Shown here: one piece after another, positions 38,703 to 49,353 of the stretch
Layout: the number at the start of each line of letters is the position of its first letter
Numbering within the stretch: position 1 is the first letter of the stretch
Source of the DNA: Escherichia phage JM17
DNA length: 64,000 nucleotides
Sequence record: PP400779
Direction: 5' to 3' (one strand)
Notes under the pieces: model-generated
What the model saw: only the letters and a program-made list of their open reading frames with translations
Databases searched by the model: none
What the model was told of the DNA's origin: nothing
Translations under genes and position numbers: made by a program

Positions 38703-38891
38703 ATGGAGTATTCAACCGGTCAACATCTTCTTGTTGTCCCTGAAATTAAAAAATATGTTTTGACCAATACGTTTTCAGGTGAAGAACATATTGTTACTGA
38801 ACAAATGCTCAAATCTGCTTTTAAAGATGAGTATAATAAAATAATGTCTAATCGCAATTCCGCATGGACAGTTACCGACTTCTACGAATAA
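38703..38891 (+). CDS. small hypothetical protein
   Basis: ATG after GGAG. Confidence 0.4.
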   Translation: MEYSTGQHLLVVPEIKKYVLTNTFSGEEHIVTEQMLKSAFKDEYNKIMSNRNSAWTVTDFYE

Positions 38892-38903
38892 GAGAGAAAT
38901 AAT

Positions 38904-39320
38904 ATGTTTACTACTGTTAAAGGTTTCACTGCTGCTGATCTGAAAGTTACTTCTATCCGTACTGACGCTAACCCACATAACCATAATCGTGTTCGTAAAG
39001 CATGGGTCCTGCATTGTGATGAAGCAAGTGCTAAAAAACTCCAATCTTTGCCACAAGAAACTCGTTTTATGATTTATGGTTTTATTGATAACGATGTATC
39101 TGATATGTGGATTCATCTGATGCGTAAGCACTATAAAGATTCTATCGAAGCAGGTGCTAAAATCGTTCTTGATAAAGACGGTTCTGAGCGTCTGGAAGAT
39201 TTCTACTGTGTTGATGCCGACGAACAACTAATTGCAGCTGGCGAAATTGTTGCTTCTAAAATTCCAGAATATATTGAATCACTGCCTGAAGCTATTAAAA
39301 AGCAGATGGTTGCTGCTTGA
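38904..39320 (+). CDS. rpbA: RpbA-like protein (assigned by position)
   Basis: 138 aa between 46 and 45 as in T4. Confidence 0.4.
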   Translation: MFTTVKGFTAADLKVTSIRTDANPHNHNRVRKAWVLHCDEASAKKLQSLPQETRFMIYGFIDNDVSDMWIHLMRKHYKDSIEAGAKIVLDKDGSERLEDFYCVDADEQLIAAGEIVASKIPEYIESLPEAIKKQMVAA

Positions 39321-39850
39321 TAATTATGAATTTAATATATCTTATAACCTTTTATAATCGTGAGATTAAAAATGAATACCCGTGTTATTATATAGGTTCT
39401 AAAGTTTCGTGTCATTTTAATGGAAAGGATATTATTGAAGATTCTACCGGTAAAATATATACCGGTAGTGTTAATTCCTCGTATTCTCCTTTATATAACA
39501 GATTAATAGACCAAGGCGAATATTCTGTAAAAATTTTAGGCGAAACCACATTAGACCCTAGAAGAATAGAAAGACTATTCCAACTCAATGTTAAAGCCGT
39601 TTCAAATGAAAAATATTTTAATAAGGCTTATGCTAACGAGAAGTCTAGAATATCAGCTAAAGGATATGCACCGTATAAAAATTTAAAAACAGGCAAAATA
39701 GTAAAACTTTCTAAAAACGAAATAAACGAAGATTACGTCGGTGTTAGAAAAAATTGCAAATTGTCGGAGAATCATTTAAACGCAATTAGAGAATTTCAAA
39801 AAAACATATTGGACCAAAGAACGAAGAGAGAAAGTTTCTATTCGTTCTAA
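39317..39850 (+). mobile_element. GIY-YIG-like homing endonuclease gene, N-terminal (catalytic) part; possibly split
   Basis: IYLITFYNREIKNEYPCYYIGSK paralogous to ORF 27871; ends 4 nt before the next ORF. Confidence 0.45.
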
Positions 39851-39854
39851 AAAA

Positions 39855-40217
39855 ATGTTTAACGATAGAGATTTTGCTTTAAAATTTAAAGATATAATGA
39901 ATTCTCCTAATGTTAAAGATAAAATAAAAATATCTAAAACATTGTATTGGTCTAAACCTGAAAATAGAGCAAAGGCCTCTATCGCAGCTTCGAAAAGAAA
40001 TGCAACCAAAGAATTTAAGGATAAATTCAGAAAATCTAAAGCTAGAGGTACATGGATATTTCATGAACAAAAATTAAAGGAATTGTGGATTGCTTTAGGA
40101 AAACCAAGTTATATTACATTTAGAAAACATGCAATTCAGCATGGTTTTAATGATGAATCATACCAAGGTGCTATCCGGTCTTGGACAAATTATTATGCTA
40201 ATAGGAAACCTAAATGA
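39855..40217 (+). mobile_element. C-terminal basic (DNA-binding-like) part of the split homing endonuclease
   Basis: Lys/Arg-rich 120 aa immediately downstream; together the two ORFs equal one HEG in size. Confidence 0.4.
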
Positions 40218-40900
40218 AACTTAGCCGTGAAACCGTAAATATTCTGAAAAACTTCGCTTCTATTAACTCTGGCATTCTGCTGAGTCAAGGTAAATTTATT
40301 ATGACTCGTGCAGTTAATGGCACCACTTATGCGGAAGCAAATATCTCTGATGAAATTGATTTTGACGTAGCACTTTATGATTTGAATAGCTTCTTAAGCA
40401 TTTTGAGTCTAGTGTCTGATGATGCTGAAATTTCAATGCACACTGATGGCAATATTAAAATTGCAGATACACGTTCCACAGTTTATTGGCCTGCCGCTGA
40501 CAAGAGCACCATTGTTTTTCCTAATAAGCCAATTCAATTCCCAGTGGCTTCTGTGATTACTGAAATTAAAGCTGAAGACCTTCAACAATTGCTTCGAGTT
40601 TCACGTGGACTTCAGATTGATACAATTGCTATTACAAATAAAGATGGTAAAATTGTTATCAATGGCTATAATAAAGTTGAAGATTCCGGACTAACTCGTC
40701 CTAAGTATTCTTTGACTCTTACTGATTATGACGGTTCTAATAACTTTAACTTCGTAATCAATATGGCTAATATGAAAATCCAGCCAGGTAACTATAAAGT
40801 AATGTTGTGGGGAGCTGGTGATAAAGTTGCAGCTAAGTTTGAAAGCTCTCAAGTAAGTTATGTTATTGCGATGGAAGCCGATTCTACTCACGACTTCTAA
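40214..40900 (+). CDS. 45: sliding clamp gp45
   Basis: 228 aa; matches T4/RB69-type gp45 as recalled. Confidence 0.9.
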   Translation: MKLSRETVNILKNFASINSGILLSQGKFIMTRAVNGTTYAEANISDEIDFDVALYDLNSFLSILSLVSDDAEISMHTDGNIKIADTRSTVYWPAADKSTIVFPNKPIQFPVASVITEIKAEDLQQLLRVSRGLQIDTIAITNKDGKIVINGYNKVEDSGLTRPKYSLTLTDYDGSNNFNFVINMANMKIQPGNYKVMLWGAGDKVAAKFESSQVSYVIAMEADSTHDF

Positions 40901-40975
40901 GTCAAAGCTTTACGTTTATTGTGATACGATTATGGAGGAGAAATCCTCCAGTTTAATGATAATGAGGAAAATTAC

Positions 40976-41938
40976 ATGATTACTATCAATTCCAAAGAAC
41001 ACATTCTAGAACAGAAATATCGTCCTTCTTCCATTGACGAATGTATTCTGCCTGCGTATGACCATGAAACATTCAAGTCTTTAGTATCTAAAGGAAAACT
41101 TCCTCATATTATTTTGCACTCTCCATCTCCTGGTACCGGTAAAACAACCGTAGCAAAAGCATTATGTAATGATATCAATGCCGAAATGATGTTCGTCAAC
41201 GGTTCTGATTGTAAGATTGATTTTGTGCGTGGTCCATTAACTGCATTCGCTCGTTCAGTCTCAATGGAAGGCAAGCCTAAAGTTATTGTTATTGATGAAT
41301 TTGACCGTAGTGGCCTCGCCGAATCACAACGGCACCTTCGTACATTCATGGAAGAATTCTCTAGTAACTGTTCTATTATTATTACTGCCAACAACATCGA
41401 TGGAATTATCGAACCGTTACGTAGTCGTTGTCGAGTTATCGAATTCGGACGTCCAACCGAAGAAGATAAAATCTCGATGATGAAGAAAATGATTCATCGT
41501 ATGGTTGAAATCTGTAAGAATGAAAATATCGAAATCGCGGATATGAAAGTTGTTGCAGCTCTGGTTAAAAAGAACTTCCCAGACTTTCGTCGTACAATTG
41601 GTCAATTAGACCAGTACTCGTCTAAAGGTGTTCTTGATGCGGGTATTTTGTCTATCGTAACTAATGACCGTGGCACAGTCTCTGATGTTATCGAAGCAAT
41701 GAAGAACAAAGATATCAAACAGCTTCGTGCATTAGCTCCAAAATATGCCGCTGATTATTCATGGTTCATCGATAAATTAGTTTCAGAATGTTATGACCAA
41801 GTTGCACCTGGTAAAAGTATTATTTCGCTTTACGAAATTGCAGGTGAAAATAATAAGTTTCATGGACTAGCTAGTAATATTGAATTACATGTTATGTATA
41901 TGCTTCTTCAACTGACTTGTGAATTGACTTGGAAATAA
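40976..41938 (+). CDS. 44: clamp loader large subunit gp44 (AAA+)
   Basis: Walker [11 protein letters not shown], Walker B VIVIDEFD, sensor motifs. Confidence 0.9.
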   Translation: MITINSKEHILEQKYRPSSIDECILPAYDHETFKSLVSKGKLPHIILHSPSPGTGKTTVAKALCNDINAEMMFVNGSDCKIDFVRGPLTAFARSVSMEGKPKVIVIDEFDRSGLAESQRHLRTFMEEFSSNCSIIITANNIDGIIEPLRSRCRVIEFGRPTEEDKISMMKKMIHRMVEICKNENIEIADMKVVAALVKKNFPDFRRTIGQLDQYSSKGVLDAGILSIVTNDRGTVSDVIEAMKNKDIKQLRALAPKYAADYSWFIDKLVSECYDQVAPGKSIISLYEIAGENNKFHGLASNIELHVMYMLLQLTCELTWK

Positions 41939-41939
41939 T

Positions 41940-42503
41940 ATGAACTTATTTGATGATGACGTCCAGCTTAACGAGCACCAAATTGCATGGAAGTCTAACG
42001 ACGCTGATGCGATTCAAAAATGTGCTGACATGTTTAAAGAAAAACCTGAGAATGAATTCTTTAAAATCATTAATGCTATTAATGAAAAGAAATCTATGTC
42101 AATTGCTCAGGTCGACTACTCAAAATTTATGGTTGAGAACTCATTATCCCAGTTCCCAGAATGTATGCCAGCCGTTTACATGATGAACTTAGTCGGTTCT
42201 GAATTAAGTGATGAAGCGCACTTCAACTATATGATGGCGGCAATTCCACGTGGTCGTCGATTCTCTAAATGGGCTAAACTAGTCGAAGACACTTCAGAGT
42301 TACTAGTTATCAAACTGTTGATGAAACATTACACAATCAACATGAATGATGCTACCGAGTATAAGCGGCTCCTTGAAAAAAATAACAAGTTGCCAATAGT
42401 CCTTAAAGAACTGAAGGCCATGGTCACTGATGAGTTTCTCAAAGAAGTTACAAAAAATGTGAAAGAACAAAAACAATTTAAAAAATTAGCATTGGAATGG
42501 TAA
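41940..42503 (+). CDS. 62: clamp loader small subunit gp62
   Basis: 187 aa directly after gene 44. Confidence 0.75.
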   Translation: MNLFDDDVQLNEHQIAWKSNDADAIQKCADMFKEKPENEFFKIINAINEKKSMSIAQVDYSKFMVENSLSQFPECMPAVYMMNLVGSELSDEAHFNYMMAAIPRGRRFSKWAKLVEDTSELLVIKLLMKHYTINMNDATEYKRLLEKNNKLPIVLKELKAMVTDEFLKEVTKNVKEQKQFKKLALEW

Positions 42504-42505
42504 AA

Positions 42506-42874
42506 ATGATCGAAATTAAATTGAAGAACCCCGAAGATTTTCTGAAAGTCAAAGAGACTCTGACCCGTATGGGCATCGCTAATAACAAGGATAAAGTTCT
42601 TTATCAGTCCTGTCATATCCTCCAAAAGCAAGGTAAATATTACATCGTCCACTTTAAAGAAATGCTGCGTATGGACGGACGTCAGGTTGATATTGATGGT
42701 GAAGACTATCAGCGACGTGATTCGATTGCTCAGTTGCTTGAAGACTGGGGCTTGATTGTTATTGAAGACTCTGCTCGTGAAGATCTGTTTGGCCTGACTA
42801 ATAACTTCCGTGTTATCTCTTTTAAACAGAAAGATGACTGGACTTTGAAAGCAAAATATACAATTGGTAATTAA
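42506..42874 (+). CDS. regA: translational repressor RegA
   Basis: 122 aa; MIEIKLKNPEDFLKVKETLTRMGIANNKDKVLYQSCHILQK... matches T4 RegA as recalled. Confidence 0.8.
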   Translation: MIEIKLKNPEDFLKVKETLTRMGIANNKDKVLYQSCHILQKQGKYYIVHFKEMLRMDGRQVDIDGEDYQRRDSIAQLLEDWGLIVIEDSAREDLFGLTNNFRVISFKQKDDWTLKAKYTIGN

Positions 42875-42955
42875 AGCAATGGGACTTCGGTCCCATTTGG
42901 AGTATAATAAGTTCATCAACAAACAAAAGACAATAACTCGTCTAAAGGAAATTAA

Positions 42956-45667
42956 ATGAAAGAATTTTACTTAACGGTTGAACAGATTGGTGATTCAATT
43001 TTTGAACGTTACATCGATTCTAATGGCCGTGAACGTACTCGTGAAGTAGAATATAAACCATCACTGTTTGCTCATTGTCCAGAAAGTCAGGCTACGAAAT
43101 ATTTCGATATCTACGGTAAGCCGTGTACTCGTAAGTTGTTCGCTAATATGCGTGATGCCTCCCAATGGATTAAACGCATGGAAGATATCGGACTTGAAGC
43201 ACTTGGCATGGACGATTTCAAATTGGCGTATTTGTCTGACACTTATAACTATGAAATCAAATACGACCATACAAAAATTCGTGTGGCTAACTTCGACATC
43301 GAAGTAACATCTCCGGATGGGTTCCCTGAGCCATCACAAGCAAAACATCCGATTGATGCTATCACCCATTATGACTCAATTGACGACAGGTTCTACGTAT
43401 TTGATCTATTGAATTCTCCATATGGTAATGTAGAAGAATGGTCTATTGAAATCGCTGCTAAGCTTCAAGAACAAGGCGGTGATGAAGTTCCATCTGAAAT
43501 TATCGATAAAATCATTTATATGCCGTTCGATAACGAAAAAGAATTGTTGATGGAATATCTCAACTTCTGGCAACAGAAAACTCCTGTCATTTTGACTGGA
43601 TGGAACGTTGAGTCATTCGATATTCCATATGTGTATAACCGAATCAAGAATATTTTTGGCGAATCTACTGCGAAACGTTTATCACCACATCGTAAAACTC
43701 GTGTTAAAGTTATCGAAAACATGTATGGTTCTCGTGAAATCATTACATTGTTCGGTATCTCTGTTCTTGATTACATTGACCTTTACAAAAAATTCTCTTT
43801 TACCAATCAACCGTCGTATTCTCTGGATTACATTTCAGAATTTGAATTGAACGTTGGTAAACTGAAATATGATGGCCCTATTTCTAAGCTTCGTGAAAGC
43901 AATCACCAACGATATATTTCTTATAACATTATCGACGTGTATCGTGTATTGCAAATTGATGCTAAGCGTCAGTTCATCAACTTGAGCTTGGACATGGGTT
44001 ATTATGCTAAGATACAGATTCAATCTGTGTTTAGCCCAATTAAAACATGGGATGCTATTATTTTTAATAGCCTTAAAGAGCAGAACAAGGTGATTCCACA
44101 AGGTCGTTCTCACCCGGTTCAACCTTATCCCGGCGCTTTTGTTAAGGAACCTATTCCAAATCGATACAAATATGTAATGAGTTTCGACCTTACATCTCTG
44201 TATCCAAGTATTATTCGCCAAGTGAATATTAGCCCGGAAACAATAGCAGGAACGTTTAAAGTAGCTCCATTGCATGATTATATTAACGCAATCGCTGAAC
44301 GTCCTTCAGATGTGTACAGTTGCTCTCCTAACGGCATGATGTATTATAAAGACCGTGATGGTGTAGTTCCAACTGAAATCACTAAGGTCTTTAATCAACG
44401 TAAAGAACATAAAGGTTACATGCTTGCAGCTCAACGTAATGGTGAAATAATTAAAGAGGCATTGCATAATCCTAATCTTTCTGTTGACGAACCATTAGAT
44501 GTTGATTATCGTTTCGACTTCAGTGATGAGATTAAAGAAAAGATTAAAAAGTTGTCTGCTAAATCTCTTAATGAAATGTTGTTTAGAGCTCAACGTACTG
44601 AAGTTGCAGGTATGACCGCACAAATTAACCGTAAATTGCTCATCAACTCACTTTATGGTGCACTTGGAAACGTTTGGTTCCGTTATTATGATTTGCGTAA
44701 TGCTACTGCAATCACAACATTCGGGCAAATGGCTTTACAGTGGATTGAACGTAAAGTTAATGAATATCTGAATGAAGTTTGTGGTACAGAAGGTGAAGCT
44801 TTCGTTCTTTATGGTGATACGGACTCTATTTACGTATCTGCTGATAAAATTATCGATAAGGTTGGTGAATCTAAATTCCGTGATACTAACCATTGGGTAG
44901 ACTTCTTAGATAAGTTTGCACGTGAACGTATGGAACCTGCTATTGATAGAGGTTTCCGTGAAATGTGCGAATACATGAACAATAAACAACACTTAATGTT
45001 CATGGACCGAGAAGCTATCGCTGGGCCTCCGCTTGGTTCTAAAGGTATTGGCGGATTTTGGACTGGTAAGAAACGTTATGCATTAAACGTGTGGGATATG
45101 GAAGGTACTCGTTACGCTGAGCCTAAACTCAAAATCATGGGTCTAGAAACTCAGAAATCTTCGACCCCTAAAGCAGTACAGAAAGCTCTTAAAGAATGTA
45201 TTCGTCGTATGCTTCAAGAAGGTGAAGAATCATTACAAGAATATTTTAAAGAGTTTGAAAAAGAATTCCGTCAATTGAATTATATTAGCATCGCGTCGGT
45301 ATCTTCTGCGAATAACATTGCTAAATATGACGTCGGTGGATTCCCTGGTCCTAAATGCCCGTTCCATATTCGTGGAATTCTGACATATAACCGAGCTATC
45401 AAAGGTAATATCGATGCACCACAAGTTGTAGAAGGTGAAAAAGTATATGTTCTGCCTTTACGTGAAGGAAACCCATTCGGTGATAAATGTATCGCATGGC
45501 CTTCTGGTACTGAAATCACAGATTTAATTAAAGACGATGTACTTCATTGGATGGACTACACTGTTCTCCTTGAGAAGACATTTATTAAACCACTTGAAGG
45601 ATTCACATCAGCAGCGAAACTCGATTATGAGAAGAAAGCATCTCTGTTCGATATGTTCGATTTTTGA
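42956..45667 (+). CDS. 43: DNA polymerase (family B, gp43)
   Basis: 903 aa; exonuclease motifs FDIEV and YNIIDV; polymerase motifs DLTSLYPSII, KLLINSLYGALG, YGDTDS; from memory resembles the RB69-type polymerase. Confidence 0.97.
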   Translation: MKEFYLTVEQIGDSIFERYIDSNGRERTREVEYKPSLFAHCPESQATKYFDIYGKPCTRKLFANMRDASQWIKRMEDIGLEALGMDDFKLAYLSDTYNYEIKYDHTKIRVANFDIEVTSPDGFPEPSQAKHPIDAITHYDSIDDRFYVFDLLNSPYGNVEEWSIEIAAKLQEQGGDEVPSEIIDKIIYMPFDNEKELLMEYLNFWQQKTPVILTGWNVESFDIPYVYNRIKNIFGESTAKRLSPHRKTRVKVIENMYGSREIITLFGISVLDYIDLYKKFSFTNQPSYSLDYISEFELNVGKLKYDGPISKLRESNHQRYISYNIIDVYRVLQIDAKRQFINLSLDMGYYAKIQIQSVFSPIKTWDAIIFNSLKEQNKVIPQGRSHPVQPYPGAFVKEPIPNRYKYVMSFDLTSLYPSIIRQVNISPETIAGTFKVAPLHDYINAIAERPSDVYSCSPNGMMYYKDRDGVVPTEITKVFNQRKEHKGYMLAAQRNGEIIKEALHNPNLSVDEPLDVDYRFDFSDEIKEKIKKLSAKSLNEMLFRAQRTEVAGMTAQINRKLLINSLYGALGNVWFRYYDLRNATAITTFGQMALQWIERKVNEYLNEVCGTEGEAFVLYGDTDSIYVSADKIIDKVGESKFRDTNHWVDFLDKFARERMEPAIDRGFREMCEYMNNKQHLMFMDREAIAGPPLGSKGIGGFWTGKKRYALNVWDMEGTRYAEPKLKIMGLETQKSSTPKAVQKALKECIRRMLQEGEESLQEYFKEFEKEFRQLNYISIASVSSANNIAKYDVGGFPGPKCPFHIRGILTYNRAIKGNIDAPQVVEGEKVYVLPLREGNPFGDKCIAWPSGTEITDLIKDDVLHWMDYTVLLEKTFIKPLEGFTSAAKLDYEKKASLFDMFDF

Positions 45668-45707
45668 TATAATGTCATGGACGGTAAACTAATTAAATGA
45701 GAGAAAT

Positions 45708-46343
45708 ATGAAAACTACTCCTATTACTATCGCTATTGACGCAATCATAAAACAAGCTTCTTCTTTGGCCGCTATGGCCAAAGTAATTAGTCAAAACCCT
45801 GCTCGTTATAATGCTATTCTAGAAACTCTTCGACGCCCTGGACTTAGTAATTATGAAAGCCGGGTAATTATTACAGGTGTTGGTAAGAATGCTAATATCG
45901 CAACTAAAGCTTCCGAGACATTTGCTTCACTAGGTATTCCTAGCATGTATTTGAACACTGGGCATTATTCTCACGGTGATGCAGGATTCATTGCGCCTAA
46001 TGATGTGTTGATTCATATTAGTCGTTCTGGTAAGACTGAAGAAATGATAGGTGTTGCTAAACATCTTCGTATGATTCGTCCTCAGGTTAAACAGATTCTG
46101 TTACATTGTAACCCAGACATTCCACAAGAATACGAAGCTCTTTTTGATTATACGTTCTGTACTGGCATCGCGGTAGAGGTTGATGAGAATTCTCTGGCTC
46201 CGACTATGTCCACTACATTGTTGTTAGCGCTTATCGATACGTTTGCTATCAACCTTTCGTCTGAACGTGGATTTACCTCTAATGATTTCCTTAAGTTCCA
46301 TCCAGGCGGTGCACTAGGTGCCATGTTACGAGGCGAACAATGA
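45708..46343 (+). CDS. SIS-domain sugar-phosphate isomerase (KdsD/KpsF/GmhA-like)
   Basis: 211 aa; SIS motifs ITGVGKNANIATK and ISRSGKTEE. Confidence 0.55.
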   Translation: MKTTPITIAIDAIIKQASSLAAMAKVISQNPARYNAILETLRRPGLSNYESRVIITGVGKNANIATKASETFASLGIPSMYLNTGHYSHGDAGFIAPNDVLIHISRSGKTEEMIGVAKHLRMIRPQVKQILLHCNPDIPQEYEALFDYTFCTGIAVEVDENSLAPTMSTTLLLALIDTFAINLSSERGFTSNDFLKFHPGGALGAMLRGEQ

Positions 46344-46483
46344 AAGCAATAACAATAGGACTTTTACTATTGATGCTTGTCATGACTATCTACTGGAGCT
46401 TAACGGCTCCGGTAATGATTCCAACACTTGTAATTGGATGGATTATGATTGGACTACAAGCAAAGTATGAATGCTTTAACTAG
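46340..46483 (+). CDS. small hydrophobic membrane peptide (47 aa)
   Basis: ATGA overlap with the SIS gene stop; not in track. Confidence 0.3.
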   Translation: MKAITIGLLLLMLVMTIYWSLTAPVMIPTLVIGWIMIGLQAKYECFN

Positions 46484-46524
46484 AATAGTGTACAATACTC
46501 CTACTTACCAATGAGGACTTTAAC

Positions 46525-48210
46525 ATGAAAAAAGCTGTTATTCTTGGTGCTGGACTGGCAACTCGTTTGTATCCAATAACGCATCATATTCCTAAGGTGC
46601 TTGTTAACTATAAACAAGATACTATTCTGAGCAATTTGTATACAATTTATTCTGACCTTGGCGCAGATGAAATTATTGTAGTAGTTCATTCAAAATTTGC
46701 TGAAACTGTTCGAGCTTATTGTGAACAAGAAGGGTTCAATGTGACTATTCGTACAGTTGATGAAGCGTATGGTTCTGCTTATGCTCTTGCTAAATTACAC
46801 AAAGATTTAGACGGCCATAATGTAATTGTTAACTGGTGTGATATTATTCCTGATTTTGGTTCATGGTCTTGGAATGTTAACGCAATCTATGTTAAGGGTG
46901 ACGAATGTCGATATAATTTCGACGGTGAAAATATCACTAACGTAGGTTCAACAGGTGGTAATGTTGTAGGAATTTATCAGTTCAAAGACTGGGAATTCTA
47001 TATGGGTTCTACTGATGAGGAAATTCATGAATACTGCAAAGGACGTGATTTCGTAGAATTCCTTTACGGCAGCGCATTCAATAAATCAGAGCTTATGAAT
47101 CTAATTGATTTAGGTGATATGCCTAAACTTGAAAAAGCTCATGAAGTTCGTGAACTTAATCGTAGTTTTAATGCAGTTGAAATTGGTGAAGAAACTGTAA
47201 CTAAATTCGCATTAACCGAACAGGGTCGAGCTCTTCAGAAAGATGAGATTTCGTGGTATCTTAAAGTGAAATCAGATTCAGTTCCTCAGTTAGTTTCTGT
47301 TAATGAAAATAACTTTGAAATGGAACGCATTAAAGGTAAGCCTGCATTTGAATATATTAAATCCAAATCAAGTCTTGCTCGTCCACAAATTGTTGATGCA
47401 ATTTTAGATGCACTGAAATTCAGCACAGACACTTATTTTGTAAGTCCTGAAACTGTTCGTCGTGATTTCACTAAAGAATTCTATACGAAAGTTATTGATC
47501 GTTGTGAAAGCATTCAACCATTGATTGATTCATTTGGTAAAATCACACATGTGAACTACACTAAGATTGGACGTCTGAAGCCAATGCTGAAACAAGCTTT
47601 AGAACACCTCATTCGTTATCATAACCGTTCTCAGGGACAGTACTCTGTTATTCACGGTGACCCGAACTTCAGTAATACTATGATTACTGATAATGGCGAA
47701 GTCAAGTTTATCGACCCTCGTGGATATTTTGGTGAAACCAAGATTTACGGGCCAAAATTGTACGATGAAGCTAAAGTGCTTTACGCTGTTTCAGGTTATG
47801 ATGAATTCAATGCTAATCCGACTTGGGGACAGTTTACTATTGATGAAACAACTTGTAATGTGACTATTAACATCAATCCATTAGTTTACAAATATGGAAA
47901 GATGAGTTCGTTTAACGAGTATCATCATTTGGCAGTGGCAATTATCTGGATTGCATTAGGTGGTTATTTCAAGAATAATCCACTTAAAGCGGTAGCCGCA
48001 TATTATAAAGGTATGGAACTTCTGACTAAGCAATTACGTAACATGGGCCGTGTACTTCAGGACGGCTCTATTAGTTATGACGTAGCAGAACCTGTAACGG
48101 CTACTCTGATTACAAAAAATCCTGGTAAATGGGTACTAACTGATAAAGAAACTGGTGTTTCCTATCGTCCAATCGGTGGCGATATCACTCATCAATGGGA
48201 ACGAATTTGA
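46525..48210 (+). CDS. bifunctional sugar-1-phosphate nucleotidyltransferase / sugar kinase (N-terminal NDP-sugar pyrophosphorylase, C-terminal APH/choline-kinase-like kinase)
   Basis: 561 aa; N-terminal GAGLATRLYP..PK signature; C-terminal Brenner motif HGDPNFSNTMITDNGEVKFIDPRGYFG. Confidence 0.6.
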   Translation: MKKAVILGAGLATRLYPITHHIPKVLVNYKQDTILSNLYTIYSDLGADEIIVVVHSKFAETVRAYCEQEGFNVTIRTVDEAYGSAYALAKLHKDLDGHNVIVNWCDIIPDFGSWSWNVNAIYVKGDECRYNFDGENITNVGSTGGNVVGIYQFKDWEFYMGSTDEEIHEYCKGRDFVEFLYGSAFNKSELMNLIDLGDMPKLEKAHEVRELNRSFNAVEIGEETVTKFALTEQGRALQKDEISWYLKVKSDSVPQLVSVNENNFEMERIKGKPAFEYIKSKSSLARPQIVDAILDALKFSTDTYFVSPETVRRDFTKEFYTKVIDRCESIQPLIDSFGKITHVNYTKIGRLKPMLKQALEHLIRYHNRSQGQYSVIHGDPNFSNTMITDNGEVKFIDPRGYFGETKIYGPKLYDEAKVLYAVSGYDEFNANPTWGQFTIDETTCNVTININPLVYKYGKMSSFNEYHHLAVAIIWIALGGYFKNNPLKAVAAYYKGMELLTKQLRNMGRVLQDGSISYDVAEPVTATLITKNPGKWVLTDKETGVSYRPIGGDITHQWERI

Positions 48211-48956
48211 TACATTATCTCTACAAAACTACTAATCTTATAAACGGTAAAGTTTATTTAGGAATGCACTCGGCTGAAGAAGCCGAGCCTTTAGATTTAT
48301 ATAAAGGTTCTGGTAAATTATATAAAAAGGCTGAAAGGAAATATGGGAAGGAAAATTTTCTTAAAGAAATCATTTCCTACCATAGCTCAAGAGAAGAATT
48401 AAAAATAGCTGAAAAGGCTCTAATAACATTAGACATAGTTAAAGACCCAAATTATTACAATCTTAAAACTGGTGGCGAAGGTGGTTCTGACGGGTTATCC
48501 CAAAGGTCCAAGGATAAAATTTCTAAGGCAAATAAAGGACGTTTAGTTGGTGATAAAAACCCAAGATGGGGTAAAACTTTGTCAGCTGAATCTATAGCTA
48601 GGGGTAAAGAAAAGCACAGGAGGTATGGTAAACCTGCATTACATGGTCTAAAGATTAATGTAGATGGCAAATATTATGAATCCTGTCGGGAAGCGGCTAA
48701 AGATTTAGGTATATCTTCTGCCACGATTCAAAAGAGAGTAAAATCGCCTAAATATCTTAATTATCGGTATCAGGACGAAAGCAAAAATGCTCACAAGTCT
48801 CAAAAATTTGTTAAAATAAACGAAAATTACTATGAATCTCTTAGGATAGCTGAAAAGAAAACGGGTATTCCTAGAAAGCGTATAGCTGATAATATTAAAA
48901 ATTCTATTGAAGGATATTGCTATGAAACCATTACATCTTTGCGTGGACGTCGATGA
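48195..48956 (+). mobile_element. GIY-YIG homing endonuclease gene (Seg-like)
   Basis: IHYLYKTTNLINGKVYLGMHS; NUMOD3-like repeats; overlaps both neighbours (16 nt upstream, 35 nt downstream). Confidence 0.55.
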
Positions 48957-49296
48957 TTGTATAACAGAGTGGAATAACAATCGTGATTACGTGAACTTCA
49001 AACCAGACGTCGAAATGGTGTCTGCCATTAATGCCCTGTATGATGCAGGGCATACAATAACGCTTTACACTGCTCGAGGTATGAAGTCAGTAGGTCCTGG
49101 TCGTATAGCAATTGACATTCTCCCAAGTCTGATTCAGAACTTGGCAAACATTGGCTTGAAGTACCATAATTTGCTAACACATAAACCAGTATATGATTGG
49201 ATTATCGACGACAAAGCTATGCGTCCTGACGAATTCAAAGCTCTTATGAATAAAGGCGAATTCGAAACATTTAAATCATATAAACCGAATCTATAA
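48922..49296 (+). CDS. HAD-superfamily phosphatase (KdsC-like small sugar-phosphate phosphatase)
   Basis: motif I LHLCVDVDDCIT, motif II TLYTARG, Lys in THKP, motif IV WIIDD. Confidence 0.55.
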   Translation: MKPLHLCVDVDDCITEWNNNRDYVNFKPDVEMVSAINALYDAGHTITLYTARGMKSVGPGRIAIDILPSLIQNLANIGLKYHNLLTHKPVYDWIIDDKAMRPDEFKALMNKGEFETFKSYKPNL

Positions 49297-49353
49297 TAAT
49301 TTAAGTAAGACCTGCAAAAACCATCGCATCAATTAACGTGAGATGCAAAAAAA

